This document shows, one piece after another, positions 10,152 to 20,570 of a DNA stretch of 64,000 nucleotides. The notes below the pieces were generated by a model. It saw nothing but the letters and a program-made list of their open reading frames with translations. It was not told where the DNA came from and searched no databases. The translations under genes were made by a program, and so were the position numbers. This DNA comes from an uncultured Gammaproteobacteria bacterium. GTDB lineage: Bacteria; Patescibacteriota; Microgenomatia; Woykebacterales; RBG-16-39-9b. Location of the stretch: contig CAYHXX010000001.1 of NCBI GenBank assembly GCA_964360785.1, forward strand, positions 9,334-73,333, written 5' to 3'. Every line of letters starts with the position of its first letter. Within the stretch, counting starts at the first letter, position 1.

Positions 10152-10473
10152 ATCAAAGTTAGTATCCCAGAAGGAAAAGTTAGAAAAAGAAATTCTTCAG
10201 TATCAGAAAGAAGATCCCTACAAAAAGAATTTGAGAACGACCGAAGTCCTGGATGATGCTATTACTGAGATTGAGGAACATGATCGTTTGGTTGCAACTT
10301 CGGAAGAATTAAAAAAGGACTTGAAAGCAGTAGAAAAGGCCCTTGAAGGAATAGAAACTCAAAAATACGGAGTTTGTATCTCCTGTGGGAACAAAATCGA
10401 AGAAGAAAGGCTTGAAGTTATGCCTACGGCGACGATGTGTCTTTCTTGCCAAAAAAAGTCTAAAGAGCGATAA
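10132..10473 (+). CDS. DksA/TraR-family C4 zinc-finger protein
   Basis: C-terminal CISCGNKIEEERLEVMPTATMCLSCQ; coiled-coil N-terminus. Confidence 0.8.
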   Translation: MNLEHFKSKLVSQKEKLEKEILQYQKEDPYKKNLRTTEVLDDAITEIEEHDRLVATSEELKKDLKAVEKALEGIETQKYGVCISCGNKIEEERLEVMPTATMCLSCQKKSKER

Positions 10474-10485
10474 TATAAATTACAT

Positions 10486-10890
10486 ATGGCACAAAGAATT
10501 CTTGTAGTTGAAGATGATGAGTTTTTGAGAGAGCTTTACGACGAGCTGCTCAAAGGGGAAGGGTATGAAGTTTCCTTAGCTCCAGATGGAGAACAAGGGC
10601 TGAACCAAATCTCAGAAGGTGGGTTTGACTTGGTTCTACTTGATATTATGCTTCCAAAAATGGATGGGTTGGAAATTCTTCGTCGTGCAAAAGCAACTCC
10701 ACCAAAGCAGAAGAACGGTCCAGTAGTGCTTTTGACTAATCTTGGGCAGGACTCAATCATTAAGGAAGGTTTTGCTCTTGGTGCTTCGGGATATCTGATC
10801 AAGTCCGCAATGAATCCAGATCAAGTGCTTTCGGAAGTTAAAGTGTTTCTAAACAAAAATACTCTCAGTGGCAACAGTACTACTAACTGA
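10486..10890 (+). CDS. single-domain response regulator (CheY-like receiver)
   Basis: ILVVEDDEFLRELY..DLVLLDIMLPKMDGLEIL..LTNLGQ...GASGYLIK receiver motifs (D, D, T, K). Confidence 0.85.
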   Translation: MAQRILVVEDDEFLRELYDELLKGEGYEVSLAPDGEQGLNQISEGGFDLVLLDIMLPKMDGLEILRRAKATPPKQKNGPVVLLTNLGQDSIIKEGFALGASGYLIKSAMNPDQVLSEVKVFLNKNTLSGNSTTN

Positions 10891-11774
10891 TGCAAGTTCT
10901 TGTAGTTAAAGTTAAACCTCAAAAAGATCGGCTCGATCAGTATGCCTCCGACTCAATCAAAAACTTATCACGTTCCAAAGCAAATAAATTAATCAAGGAA
11001 GGTAGTATTCTCGTAAACAAAGTTGCACTTACTCCGGACTACCGTGTCAAAAAAGGGGATAAGGTAACCGTAGAGATACCACTTGATACACAGGTTTCAC
11101 TCAAAGCCGAGGATATTCCCCTAAAAATAGTCTTTGAGGATCAGGATATTATGGTCATTGATAAGCAACCTGATTTGGTTGTCCATCCAACACTTGATCA
11201 TCCAACCGGAACTTTGGTCAATGCTGTAATTTCACATTTAGGGAGTTTCGAAGACGAGTCTTTTCGACCGGGGATTGTCCATAGACTTGATAAAGATACT
11301 TCTGGTTTGATTGTGGTTGCCAAAAACCAAGATAGTTTGGACTCTCTGAAGAAACAATTTAAATCTCGGGTAGTGGAGAAACACTATATGGCCTTGGTAG
11401 TAGGAGTCGTCCCCAAAGAAAAAGGAACAATAGTTGGATCAATAGATCGGCACCCAAAATTCAAGCAAAAATTTGTAGTCAGTCCAGACGGCAAAGAGGC
11501 AACGACAGAGTATAGGGTGGTAAAACGTTTCCCAAAATATACTTTGTTGGAACTCACGCCCTTAACCGGTAGGACGCACCAGCTGAGGGTACACCTTTCT
11601 TTTTTGGGTTACCCAATCGTCGGTGACAAACTCTATAAGGGGAAAATGCTTCTGGGAAGGCAGTTTCTCCACGCCTCACAGCTTTCTTTTGATCATCCTA
11701 GAACCGGTAACAAAATGAACTTTAATTCTTTATTGCCAGAGGATTTACAGAATTTACTTGATAAACTGGATTAG
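10890..11774 (+). CDS. RluA-family 23S rRNA pseudouridine synthase (RluD-like) with S4 domain
   Basis: N-terminal S4-like region; catalytic HRLDKDTSGLIVVAKN; TGRTHQLRVH; start overlaps previous stop (TGATG). Confidence 0.85.
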   Translation: MQVLVVKVKPQKDRLDQYASDSIKNLSRSKANKLIKEGSILVNKVALTPDYRVKKGDKVTVEIPLDTQVSLKAEDIPLKIVFEDQDIMVIDKQPDLVVHPTLDHPTGTLVNAVISHLGSFEDESFRPGIVHRLDKDTSGLIVVAKNQDSLDSLKKQFKSRVVEKHYMALVVGVVPKEKGTIVGSIDRHPKFKQKFVVSPDGKEATTEYRVVKRFPKYTLLELTPLTGRTHQLRVHLSFLGYPIVGDKLYKGKMLLGRQFLHASQLSFDHPRTGNKMNFNSLLPEDLQNLLDKLD

Positions 11775-11802
11775 CACCGCCCTTTCTTTATATAATTGAA
11801 TT

Positions 11803-13503
11803 ATGTCCGCAGCTGACCCACTATTGGCCTTGGGAATTGTAGTAGCCTTTGCTGCTTTGCTTGGAGCCTGGGCGTCTTTCCTGCGTCTACCGCTAATTAT
11901 TTCTTACATCTTGGCCGGACTGATTCTTGGCCCAGTACTCATAAACAATTCGCATATCGAAACTTTTACTCTGCTGCGAGACTTGGGACTTTCTTTTTTG
12001 CTGTTTTTGGTAGGGTTGGAAATAAAAACAGGGGAATTGAAATCTTTTGGTAAACAAGCTCTTATAATTGGAGCGATCCAAATTGTTGTAACCACCATTC
12101 TAGGATTTTTGCTCGCTCTTTGTTTGGGTTTTTCCTCAGTAGCGTCCCTCTACATTGCAATCGCTTTGACCTTCTCAAGTACGGTAATTGTGGTCAAACT
12201 CCTAACTGAGAAAAGAGACTTCGACTCACTATATGGAAAATTAGCGGTTTCAATATTGCTACTTCAAGATGTAGCTGCAATTTTTGTTCTGATTTTGTTA
12301 CCAGCTATTGGGAAAGAAGGGGAGTTTGGTTTTGGAAAGTTTTTCATAACAATTGCTGTTGGGTTAGTATTGGTTGGTTTGGTTTATTATCTCAGCAAGA
12401 AGGTATTACCACATTTATTTGAAAGACTTGCCCGAAATCTAGAATTACTGTTTCTTACCAGTTTGGCGTGGTTATTATTGATCTCGGCAATCTCCGGAAA
12501 ACTTGGATTTTCAATTGAAATAGGTGCTTTCTTAGCTGGATTGGGTCTGGCTTCACTCAAAGAGGAGCATCAAATAGCCGCTCGCATTCGGCCCTTGCGG
12601 GATTTCTTCATTGTAATCTTCTTTATTATTCTTGGGAGCCAACTGGTTGTAGATTTCAGTGTAGCCACTATTGGTATCGCCATTATCTTGAGTGGTTTTG
12701 TACTTTTTCTAAAACCATTACTTGTTATGTTTGTGGTGGGTAGGCTGGGTTTTCGTCGAAGGACTGCTTTTATGACTGGGCTGACCCTTTCTCAAATTTC
12801 AGAATTTTCATTGGTGATAATATTCCTAGGTTCCCGCCAAGGTTTACTCCCAGATAGTGTTGTAGCGATACTTACATTGACTGCGTTTATCACCATTGCG
12901 TGTTCTTCCTATCTACTTTCTTTTGCAACCAAGATTTATCGTAAATTTGAGAAATATCTAAAATTTGTTGAGAGAAAAGGAGAGCAACTAGAGACAAATC
13001 TAGAATTAAACCTAGACGGACACACAGTATTGATTGGCTGTAACCGATTGGGGTGGGAAATACTAAAGCAACTACAAAAGCAAGCTAAGGACATACTTGT
13101 TGTTGATTTTAACCCAACAGTCGTAAAAGCACTGCAAGAGCTGAAAGTTAATTATTTATTTGGTGACATTACCGACCCTGATATTTGGAGAGGGGCGAAC
13201 ATTGAAAAATCTGAAGTTGTTATCTCAACAATTTTTGATCCAGAGGATACTTTGGAGTTATTGGATAGCCTCAAGGCTCTTCCAAACTCACCAATTGTCT
13301 TTGTCACCGCAGCGGAAAGAGAATGGGCGGTCAAATTTTACCAAGGTGGGGCCGACTACGTAATTGTGCCAAGAGTACTTTCTGGTCACCAGGTAGCCCA
13401 TCTTCTCACAAACCAGAAACTAGAAGAAATCCGAGAGGGAAAGCTAAAACATGAACATCTTGAGGAGTTGCGAGAAGCAATGGATAAGCTTTCACTGCAA
13501 TAA
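11803..13503 (+). CDS. cation:proton antiporter (CPA2, KefB-like) with C-terminal RCK/TrkA-N domain
   Basis: About 12 TM helices then HTVLIGCNRLGWEIL...DFNP (Rossmann GxGxxG-like). TATAAT at 11791. Confidence 0.8.
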   Translation: MSAADPLLALGIVVAFAALLGAWASFLRLPLIISYILAGLILGPVLINNSHIETFTLLRDLGLSFLLFLVGLEIKTGELKSFGKQALIIGAIQIVVTTILGFLLALCLGFSSVASLYIAIALTFSSTVIVVKLLTEKRDFDSLYGKLAVSILLLQDVAAIFVLILLPAIGKEGEFGFGKFFITIAVGLVLVGLVYYLSKKVLPHLFERLARNLELLFLTSLAWLLLISAISGKLGFSIEIGAFLAGLGLASLKEEHQIAARIRPLRDFFIVIFFIILGSQLVVDFSVATIGIAIILSGFVLFLKPLLVMFVVGRLGFRRRTAFMTGLTLSQISEFSLVIIFLGSRQGLLPDSVVAILTLTAFITIACSSYLLSFATKIYRKFEKYLKFVERKGEQLETNLELNLDGHTVLIGCNRLGWEILKQLQKQAKDILVVDFNPTVVKALQELKVNYLFGDITDPDIWRGANIEKSEVVISTIFDPEDTLELLDSLKALPNSPIVFVTAAEREWAVKFYQGGADYVIVPRVLSGHQVAHLLTNQKLEEIREGKLKHEHLEELREAMDKLSLQ

Positions 13504-13519
13504 TAAAAGCAATTATTGA

Positions 13520-14227
13520 TTAGTTCTTTATTTTTGTTAGGGTTTCGTAATCCTTCTGGAGCAGTGGGTTTAGTTCGTGGAAATCAAGAATAGTAGCATA
13601 GTCTTTGTAAGAAAATTTCTTTAGGGGCCAGTTTATCTTGGCACTAGTTGCTCTCGAAACTTGAAGTTTAAGAGCTGCTTGATCGGGTTGTCCGAATTTA
13701 TCGGTAAATTTCGTTGCGTAGGTAGTGACATTGAGTCTAGTCACAGTGGAGATATTAAAGACTTTGATTGCAAAGTCAGCAAAATTCTCATAAGAAGTTT
13801 TGATCACTGTTTGTCCCTCACTCGAGGGTATGGTGTATTCAATAGTGGCAACTCCTGAGTCATTTATTTCCAATTTCCTTTTGACACTATCCGAACCGAT
13901 TACGTCGGTATAGGCACTTTGTAATTGGTTGATTGGGGTGGAAGCAGAAGCCTCTTTTTGCTGTTTCTCGGCTTGTTGTTTCTTTGTCTGCTCGAGTGTT
14001 TCTTGGGGATTTGTTTCAGGGGTCAACTTTTTATCTTTATTTAAACCGTTAACAATAGCAATAATACTAATAATTACTATCAGTACGACAAGAAATGCCC
14101 CGCCTAAAAAAGCAACTTTCAAAGGAAGAGAAAGGCTCTTGAAAGAGAACTTAGGTTTTGGGGGAGTAGGTGTCTGGGCCGGTTCAATAGAAGAAGTTTC
14201 GTTGGAAACCTCGTTGGGCAGTTCCAT
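13520..14227 (-). CDS. membrane-anchored hypothetical protein
   Basis: N-terminal TM, Q/E/K-rich linker, about 130-aa C-terminal domain; no family recognised. Confidence 0.5.
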   Translation of the reverse strand: MELPNEVSNETSSIEPAQTPTPPKPKFSFKSLSLPLKVAFLGGAFLVVLIVIISIIAIVNGLNKDKKLTPETNPQETLEQTKKQQAEKQQKEASASTPINQLQSAYTDVIGSDSVKRKLEINDSGVATIEYTIPSSEGQTVIKTSYENFADFAIKVFNISTVTRLNVTTYATKFTDKFGQPDQAALKLQVSRATSAKINWPLKKFSYKDYATILDFHELNPLLQKDYETLTKIKN

Positions 14228-14310
14228 GATAGATCAATGGTAGATGAGCACTTATCTTGATGTCAAGCAAACTGTGCTAAAATTATTCTTATAGTAACAA
14301 ATTTCCCCTT

Positions 14311-15390
14311 ATGACTTTCTTTGGAAAACAAAAAAGCTTCTCACTTTTTGATCAGCAAGCCTATCACCGCAACAATGAACAAAAAGTTAAAAGAAGAAGA
14401 AACTTTGCTAGTAACTTGGTTAGGTTGGGTATTGTAGTAGTGACGTTAGTTGTTTTTGTAGCTATTGCGGTTCGTGTACCTTCACTTTACACAAAAGTTA
14501 CCAAACCATTCAAAAGTATCAATAGCGAGTTCTATAAAGGGAACAGTCTAAACTTTGAGCGCAGAACAAATATTTTACTTGCAACAGTCAGAGAAGATAA
14601 ATTAGAAGAACTTGCACTAGCGAGTTTTGAATCGGGAAAAAAGAAAGTAATAATTCTGAAGCTTGATCCTTCCACGCTCGTGAATGGACAAAAAGGCCCA
14701 AAGAAACTTTCCGACCTAGTGATTTATCAGGCAGGAAAGGTTAGTGATATCGATCAGCTATCAGTAGCTGTGCTGGAGGTTGTAAATTACATTCCAAACG
14801 GTTATGTAATAGTAGAGGCGAGCCAAGATTGGATAAATATAGAAAGTTTGGGCTCTTTGGTAGAACGCTCATCCTTTTCTCCAGCCTTGCTGCTAAATCT
14901 AAGAGAAAACAAAAATTATTTAGATGGGCACTTATTAACCAGTCTATCTACAAATGAATTTTACAAATTGGTCACCAGTGTCAAGAAAATTCAGCCAGAG
15001 AGGTTTGAACTAGTAGATACTGAGCGGTACAAATCCCAATCTGGCTTTGTCGATAGCAAAGCCCTTACCAACGAGATTGGTGCGAAAATGAATGATTCTA
15101 AGGTTGTGGATGGTAACTACGCAGTCGAAATCGTTAATTCCAGTGGAGTGGAGGGTTTAGGCCAGATTTTGAAAAGTGTGGTTGCGAACCTTGGTGTAAA
15201 CATTGTTCAAATTAGTACTACCGAAGATTTGGAAGAAAAGAGCACAGTTTTCGTAAGGGAGAGGAGCAACTTTCTTGCAGAAACTTTGCAGAGATTCCTA
15301 AAATCGAAATTGGAGAAGAATGCCGACACTGGTTCCGTAGACATTAAGATTGTTATTGGTAAGGATTTCGGGAAGTTTTTTGACTACTAG
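14311..15390 (+). CDS. LytR-CpsA-Psr (LCP) family protein with LytR_C domain
   Basis: N-terminal TM; C-terminal AVEIVNSSGVEGLGQILKSVVANLGVNIVQI resembles the LytR_C attenuator domain. Confidence 0.55.
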   Translation: MTFFGKQKSFSLFDQQAYHRNNEQKVKRRRNFASNLVRLGIVVVTLVVFVAIAVRVPSLYTKVTKPFKSINSEFYKGNSLNFERRTNILLATVREDKLEELALASFESGKKKVIILKLDPSTLVNGQKGPKKLSDLVIYQAGKVSDIDQLSVAVLEVVNYIPNGYVIVEASQDWINIESLGSLVERSSFSPALLLNLRENKNYLDGHLLTSLSTNEFYKLVTSVKKIQPERFELVDTERYKSQSGFVDSKALTNEIGAKMNDSKVVDGNYAVEIVNSSGVEGLGQILKSVVANLGVNIVQISTTEDLEEKSTVFVRERSNFLAETLQRFLKSKLEKNADTGSVDIKIVIGKDFGKFFDY

Positions 15391-15506
15391 AGATTTACTC
15401 TTGCGAAGAGAATTCATTGACTTTTGGGGGGTTTTATGCTACTATTTCTCCGATCTCTCTCCTTTCTTCCGAGGAGGGGCCAAAATAGCCTCTCCTAAAG
15501 ACAAAA

Positions 15507-15535
15507 GCTCCCTTCGGGGAGCTCTTGTCATTTTT
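15507..15535 (+). terminator. putative intrinsic terminator after the LCP gene
   Basis: GCTCCC-ttcg-GGGAGC hairpin then cttgtcaTTTTT. Confidence 0.4.
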
Positions 15536-15642
15536 AGACTAACTTTTTGCGTCTAGCAAATGCAAACTTCTTAGGTTGACTTTCCAGGCTAAATCAAAGT
15601 AAAATATTAAAGTATTAGAAGGAGTAGAGAAAAGGTAGCCGC

Positions 15643-18600
15643 ATGTTACTTATTGTCGGTTTAGGGATCATCGTCATAATTGCTTTCTTCTTCGCTTACC
15701 GTGCTGCTTTGCAGCAGGAAACTGGGGGAAAGAAAAAAGAATCAATAAGTGAGGGAGTTCTCCTCTCTATTCGTCTTCCCAAAGAAAATGAAAAACTACC
15801 AACAGCCGCTGAGCAAATGTTTGCTTCGCTTCATGGTTTGCTAAAATTCACCCCTTCAGTTCAAGAACATATTTCTCTTGAGATGGCTAGCTCTGATGCT
15901 GGAATCAATTTTTATTGCTTTACACCCAGAGCATTCAAAAGTTTTGTTGAAAGCCAAATATATGCTCAATACCCAGATGCAGAAATTAGAGAGTCAGTCG
16001 ACTATTCCCAAAGTGTTGGCGAAGATTCCGTGGTTGTGGGGACAGAGCTGGCATTAGCCAAAGATTTTATTTTTCCTTTAAAAAGTTTTCGGGACTTTGA
16101 GGTCGACCCACTAGCGGCGATCACCAGTGCTTTGGGAAGTGTGCGTAAAAATGAACAAATTTGGATACAAATACTGGTTCGGCCAATTGATGATTTTTGG
16201 CAGGACCGTGGTCATGACTATGTGAAAATGGTCCGTGATGGTAAGCATCCCATTAGTCTTAACCCCCAAGAGATTGCCTTGGATGTGGGAAAGCAGATAC
16301 TTTCTGTGGGTGGAAATATTATTCCCTATATGATGGCTGGGCCGAAGGAGATTGTACCAGGCAGGCCAGAGCTACCACCCAAGCTGTCTGCCGGTCAGGA
16401 ACTAGACCTGAAGACAATTGAAAACAAACTTTCCAAAATTGGTTTTGAAACCAAAATAAGAATTGTTGCTGTGGCTGCCGATAAAGAAAACGCTCAGCAA
16501 AAACTTTCCTCAGCAATAGCGTCTTTTAAACAGTTTGCAACCGCGTCCCTAAACGCTTTTGAGCCTGACCCAGACAGCCCAACCACATCTTCGTTGGTAA
16601 AAAGTTATCGCGAACGTCTTTTTCCTGAGGGGGAGGGTGGAGATTATGTTTTGACAATCGAAGAGTTAGCTTCCATTTTTCACCTACCAAATATTTCAGT
16701 TGAGACGCCAACAATTGCTTGGACGAGAGCCAAAAAAGGCGAACCGCCACTCAACCTTCCTTCAACGGATGTTACTTTTATTGGTAAAAGCTATTTCAGA
16801 GATCATGAACAGGTATTTGGTATCAAAAAAGCCGATCGTCGCAAGCATATGTATTTGATTGGGAAAACTGGTACCGGAAAATCAACTTTGATCAAAAACA
16901 TGATTATTCAAGATATGCGCAATGGGGAAGGGGTAGCGGTTTTGGATCCCCATGGCCAACTAATCGATGAAATACTGGAGTTCGTTCCGGAGAACCGGTT
17001 GGATGATGTGGTTATCTTCAACCCAGCGGATGCTGATAACCCAGTGGCTCTAAATATGTTGGAGATGTTTGACCCAAGACAACGTACTTTGATGGCAGAC
17101 ACCTTGGTTGATGTTTTCAAGAAATATTTTGCCAATAGTTGGGGTCCACGACTTGAGTATATCCTCAAAAATTGTATCCTTACCCTTCTGGAGGTACCAA
17201 ACACCTCGCTTTTGTCGATTACGCGACTTTTGGTTGATAAAGGCTATCGCAGGTTTATCGTTGGTTTGATCAAAGATCCACAGATGAAAGATTTCTGGAC
17301 CACCGAGTTTGCCCGTCTTGAGCAAAACGACCGTCTAATTACTGAGGCAATTTCGCCAATCCAAAACAAAGTTGGCCAGTTTCTCAACAGTGAGCTGATC
17401 AGAAACATTGTCGGCCAACCAAAATCGACAATCAAAATTGATGATATCATCAACAACAAAAAACTTTTCTTTGTAAACTTGGCCTCTGGTAGAATTGGGG
17501 CGAACAATACTTCTTTGCTGGGAGCAATGATCGTTTCACAGCTTCAGTTTGCGGCCATGCGTCGTGTTGATATCCCCGAGGAAACTCGGAAAGATTTCTT
17601 TCTTTACGCTGATGAGTTCCAAAACTTCGCCACCGAGAGTTTTGCTGTGATTCTTTCTGAGGCGAGAAAATACCGACTTGACTTGACGATTACTCACCAA
17701 TACATCGAACAAATGCCTGAAGAGGTTCGGGATGCCATCTTTGGAAACGTTGGTACTTTGATTTGTTTTGGGGTTGGAAACCAGGACGCCCACTTCTTGG
17801 AACGTGAGTTTAGCCCCGTTTTTCTTGAGAATGACTTTATTAACCTTGGTAGGTTTGAAATGTATTTGAAGTTGCAAATTGATGATCAAGCTTCCAGACC
17901 ATTCTCAGCTATATCACTGGCACCACCAACTGATTCGACAAATCTCAACTCGAGGGCAATTCAACTTTCTCGACAGAAATACGGTAGAGAGGTTGAGAAA
18001 GTTGAGAAACTAATCAAGAAATGGACTGAAACCAAATTTGTACCTGGCCAGCCACCACAGCCTCCTCTCTGGGCGATTGAGGAAGCCAAAGCCGCGGCTG
18101 CTGCTGCTCCAGCGCAACAAGCAGTTACCCAACCAAGTAGTCAAGTACAAACGACAGTTCCACAAGCGTTTCCAAATCAATCACCTTTGGCTGATTTATT
18201 GGTTGGAGATTCCGGGCAGAATCAAGTATCCGTAGAGCAAAACGTAGTTTCTCCAGCTAGTCAAGAGCAAGCTGCGCCGGTTCAAAAGCCAGCTAGTCAG
18301 GTACCAGCAACCCAACAGCTGCAACAATCACCCACAGCGATTCCTCAGAGTGTCGATACGAATTTTATACCTTCAGAAGAACCAGTTATTCAAACAGAAC
18401 CAGAGCAACCAGCGGTGCAGAAATTTGAGGCACTAGATGAAAATTATGAAGGATCAGAAGTTTACCAAAACCCAGTTTCGCCAAAAACAGAAGCTACTTC
18501 TCCAGAGCAAAAAGTAGAACCACAACCTATCAATCGTGAAAATTTGAATCAAAACCTACCAACTGGATTAGTTAGCACGGAAGAATCGGAAAAATCACAA

Positions 18601-18681
18601 GAAGTTAATGTGGAACAAAAGCCACAAAGTGGGGAAGTGGAGATTTTCCGTTTTCCACCAAGTAATATTAATAAACCATAA
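15643..18681 (+). CDS. type IV secretion coupling-protein-like (TraD/TraG/VirD4, FtsK-HerA superfamily) P-loop ATPase with disordered Q/P/A-rich C-terminal tail
   Basis: N-terminal TM; Walker A LIGKTGTGKST; Walker B FFLYADEFQNF; final ~300 aa are low-complexity PQ-rich. Confidence 0.65.
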   Translation: MLLIVGLGIIVIIAFFFAYRAALQQETGGKKKESISEGVLLSIRLPKENEKLPTAAEQMFASLHGLLKFTPSVQEHISLEMASSDAGINFYCFTPRAFKSFVESQIYAQYPDAEIRESVDYSQSVGEDSVVVGTELALAKDFIFPLKSFRDFEVDPLAAITSALGSVRKNEQIWIQILVRPIDDFWQDRGHDYVKMVRDGKHPISLNPQEIALDVGKQILSVGGNIIPYMMAGPKEIVPGRPELPPKLSAGQELDLKTIENKLSKIGFETKIRIVAVAADKENAQQKLSSAIASFKQFATASLNAFEPDPDSPTTSSLVKSYRERLFPEGEGGDYVLTIEELASIFHLPNISVETPTIAWTRAKKGEPPLNLPSTDVTFIGKSYFRDHEQVFGIKKADRRKHMYLIGKTGTGKSTLIKNMIIQDMRNGEGVAVLDPHGQLIDEILEFVPENRLDDVVIFNPADADNPVALNMLEMFDPRQRTLMADTLVDVFKKYFANSWGPRLEYILKNCILTLLEVPNTSLLSITRLLVDKGYRRFIVGLIKDPQMKDFWTTEFARLEQNDRLITEAISPIQNKVGQFLNSELIRNIVGQPKSTIKIDDIINNKKLFFVNLASGRIGANNTSLLGAMIVSQLQFAAMRRVDIPEETRKDFFLYADEFQNFATESFAVILSEARKYRLDLTITHQYIEQMPEEVRDAIFGNVGTLICFGVGNQDAHFLEREFSPVFLENDFINLGRFEMYLKLQIDDQASRPFSAISLAPPTDSTNLNSRAIQLSRQKYGREVEKVEKLIKKWTETKFVPGQPPQPPLWAIEEAKAAAAAAPAQQAVTQPSSQVQTTVPQAFPNQSPLADLLVGDSGQNQVSVEQNVVSPASQEQAAPVQKPASQVPATQQLQQSPTAIPQSVDTNFIPSEEPVIQTEPEQPAVQKFEALDENYEGSEVYQNPVSPKTEATSPEQKVEPQPINRENLNQNLPTGLVSTEESEKSQEVNVEQKPQSGEVEIFRFPPSNINKP

Positions 18682-18704
18682 ACTTATTAGGAGGTATTTA
18701 AGAA

Positions 18705-19637
18705 ATGGATAGTAATAAATTTGAACTTATCAGACAGTCGTTGGGGGCAGCGGAATCAAGTATCAGATTAGCCAAACAGCTGCTTTCTGAACTTGAATCT
18801 GGGAATGTTAGCAGTAAGGTTGCTACTAAGCCGAATGGGGCTGATTTGCCTGGAATCGCTGGTATATTTGATGGTGAAAACATGGTTTCCGAATCAGGGG
18901 AAGTTTTTCCAGTACCGGCAAACTATGCTAGCAAGAGTATGTTGGTTGTTGGAGATACTTTAAAGTTGGTGGAAGAAGGCAAGAATAAGGAAAAACGGTT
19001 TAAGCAGATTGAACATGTCAAAAGACACAAGAGTACTGGTATCCTGACCAAGAAAGACGGTAAGTGGAAGGTCGCAACCCCAGAGGGCTCTTATAAGGTA
19101 CTAGGAGCGGCGGTAGAGCACTTTGGCGCAGATATTGGTACAGAAGTCACTCTACATCTACCCGCTACAAATTTGACAGTAGCCTACGGTGCAATTGAGT
19201 CTATTAATAAAGGAGCAGAAAAGAAAGAGGAAGATAGAAAAGTTGAGTCTAAAGAACCACCACAGTCTGCGGTTGTCGAACAAAAGGAGCAGCCCAAACA
19301 ACCAGAACCAAGAAAAGAAGAAAAACCAGAAGAGGTTGTTCACAACTCAAAAGAAGTTAAAAAGGAACCAGAGAAGTCAAAACATGAGCCTAAACTAGTG
19401 GTGAAGCAGCCAGAGGTGGTTGCGGAGCCAAAGAAAGAAGTAGTCATAGCTCCAGTGGCCAAAGTTGAAAAAGAGGTGGTAGAGAAAGTTATCGCAACAC
19501 CACCAGCACCAGCCCCAAAACCTGTGGTGGTTGCGACTGAAGTTCCAGAGCCAAGCAAACCAGCAACAGTTCCAACTGCCCAACCAACACCAGAAAAGTC
19601 TATGGAAGTTGCTTCTGAAGAGGAAGAACTGACCTAG
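18705..19637 (+). CDS. hypothetical protein with K/E/P/V-rich repetitive C-terminal half
   Basis: AGGAGG RBS; ~170-aa N-domain then KEEKPEEVV.../PAPAPKPVVVATEVPEP low complexity. Confidence 0.5.
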   Translation: MDSNKFELIRQSLGAAESSIRLAKQLLSELESGNVSSKVATKPNGADLPGIAGIFDGENMVSESGEVFPVPANYASKSMLVVGDTLKLVEEGKNKEKRFKQIEHVKRHKSTGILTKKDGKWKVATPEGSYKVLGAAVEHFGADIGTEVTLHLPATNLTVAYGAIESINKGAEKKEEDRKVESKEPPQSAVVEQKEQPKQPEPRKEEKPEEVVHNSKEVKKEPEKSKHEPKLVVKQPEVVAEPKKEVVIAPVAKVEKEVVEKVIATPPAPAPKPVVVATEVPEPSKPATVPTAQPTPEKSMEVASEEEELT

Positions 19638-19643
19638 CACAAC

Positions 19644-20495
19644 CTACTTTAGTTCTTGGAATTCTTCTTCATCCTCAACCAGGTCTTGAGTTGGGACAAA
19701 TTCAGCCGCTTCTTGAGGAATATCTTCTTGGGGAGTTTCTTCTTGGTCAACCGCTACCTCTTCTTCAGAATTTTCTGGATTTCCAGCAGTACTAGAAGTC
19801 GTTTCGTTCAGATGCGAGAAAGTATCCTCACGTACGTAAGGGGTGAAGTTGGTATCAATTGGGAAAGTCGGGTGGGCAAGTTTTTTTGATCGTTTGGTTT
19901 CCTTCAAGAATACCGAAAGAGCAGAATCCCTAGGATCTTTACCGACTTTTACTGATTTTACAACGGCTGAAAAGCTACTTCCGAGATTTATAGCCTGAGC
20001 CACTTCTGTTCCCCAGACACTTTCCAGTTTGCCCAGCCTTTTGTTGTCTTCAGAGACGATAGTTACATCATCTTTAGCAACTTTTAACTCAACGCTATCA
20101 CCGACACGTAGTTGTATCAGTACTGTGGGCATTGCCAGGTCTGTAAGGTCAATCGCTCTGGTTTTACCTGGTTCTTCCAAAAACATGTCGGGGTCTATCG
20201 TTCTCGCTTCCTTTGGTTTGAAGCTGCTGCCTCGCAAAGTAGAGAGTTTGTCAATGTTTCGAGTCGCTATTGGATTGTAGGGGTCAATCTCGAGGACTTT
20301 TTTGTAGGTAGAGCTAGCTTTATTGACTTGTCCGAGCTCAGTATAGGCATGACCAAGACGATTGAGTATGGTTATGTCTTCTGGGTACTCTTCGTAAAGA
20401 GCGTTGTTGAGCTCTACTGCTTTCTCCCAGGAACCAGCTAGGGCGGCTTCGATAGCTTCTTGATATCTTGGATCGAGTTCAGATTGGTTAGACAT
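19644..20495 (-). CDS. TPR-repeat protein with acidic C-terminus
   Basis: N-terminal TPR-like helices (AYTELGQVNKASSTYKKVLEIDPYN); C-terminal D/E-rich tail. Confidence 0.6.
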   Translation of the reverse strand: MSNQSELDPRYQEAIEAALAGSWEKAVELNNALYEEYPEDITILNRLGHAYTELGQVNKASSTYKKVLEIDPYNPIATRNIDKLSTLRGSSFKPKEARTIDPDMFLEEPGKTRAIDLTDLAMPTVLIQLRVGDSVELKVAKDDVTIVSEDNKRLGKLESVWGTEVAQAINLGSSFSAVVKSVKVGKDPRDSALSVFLKETKRSKKLAHPTFPIDTNFTPYVREDTFSHLNETTSSTAGNPENSEEEVAVDQEETPQEDIPQEAAEFVPTQDLVEDEEEFQELK

Positions 20496-20545
20496 ATTGT
20501 TTGTTTCTAGAATTTATTACAGTGTATTTATAAACTACCTGTCAA

Positions 20546-20570
20546 GTCTTGATTTAATCAAGACTTGCAT
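20546..20570. promoter_or_regulatory. perfect 11-bp inverted repeat (CAAGTCTTGAT-tta-ATCAAGACTTG) in a divergent promoter region
   Basis: Read directly; lies between the divergent starts of 19644..20495(-) and 20716..21012(+). Confidence 0.4.

Noticed and set aside
18060-19640. Apparent nucleotide-level repeats in 18.06-18.65 kb and 19.2-19.64 kb
   Set aside because: They are coding low-complexity regions (Q/P/A and K/E/P tails), not CRISPR arrays or non-coding tandem repeats. No CRISPR array was seen anywhere in the window.
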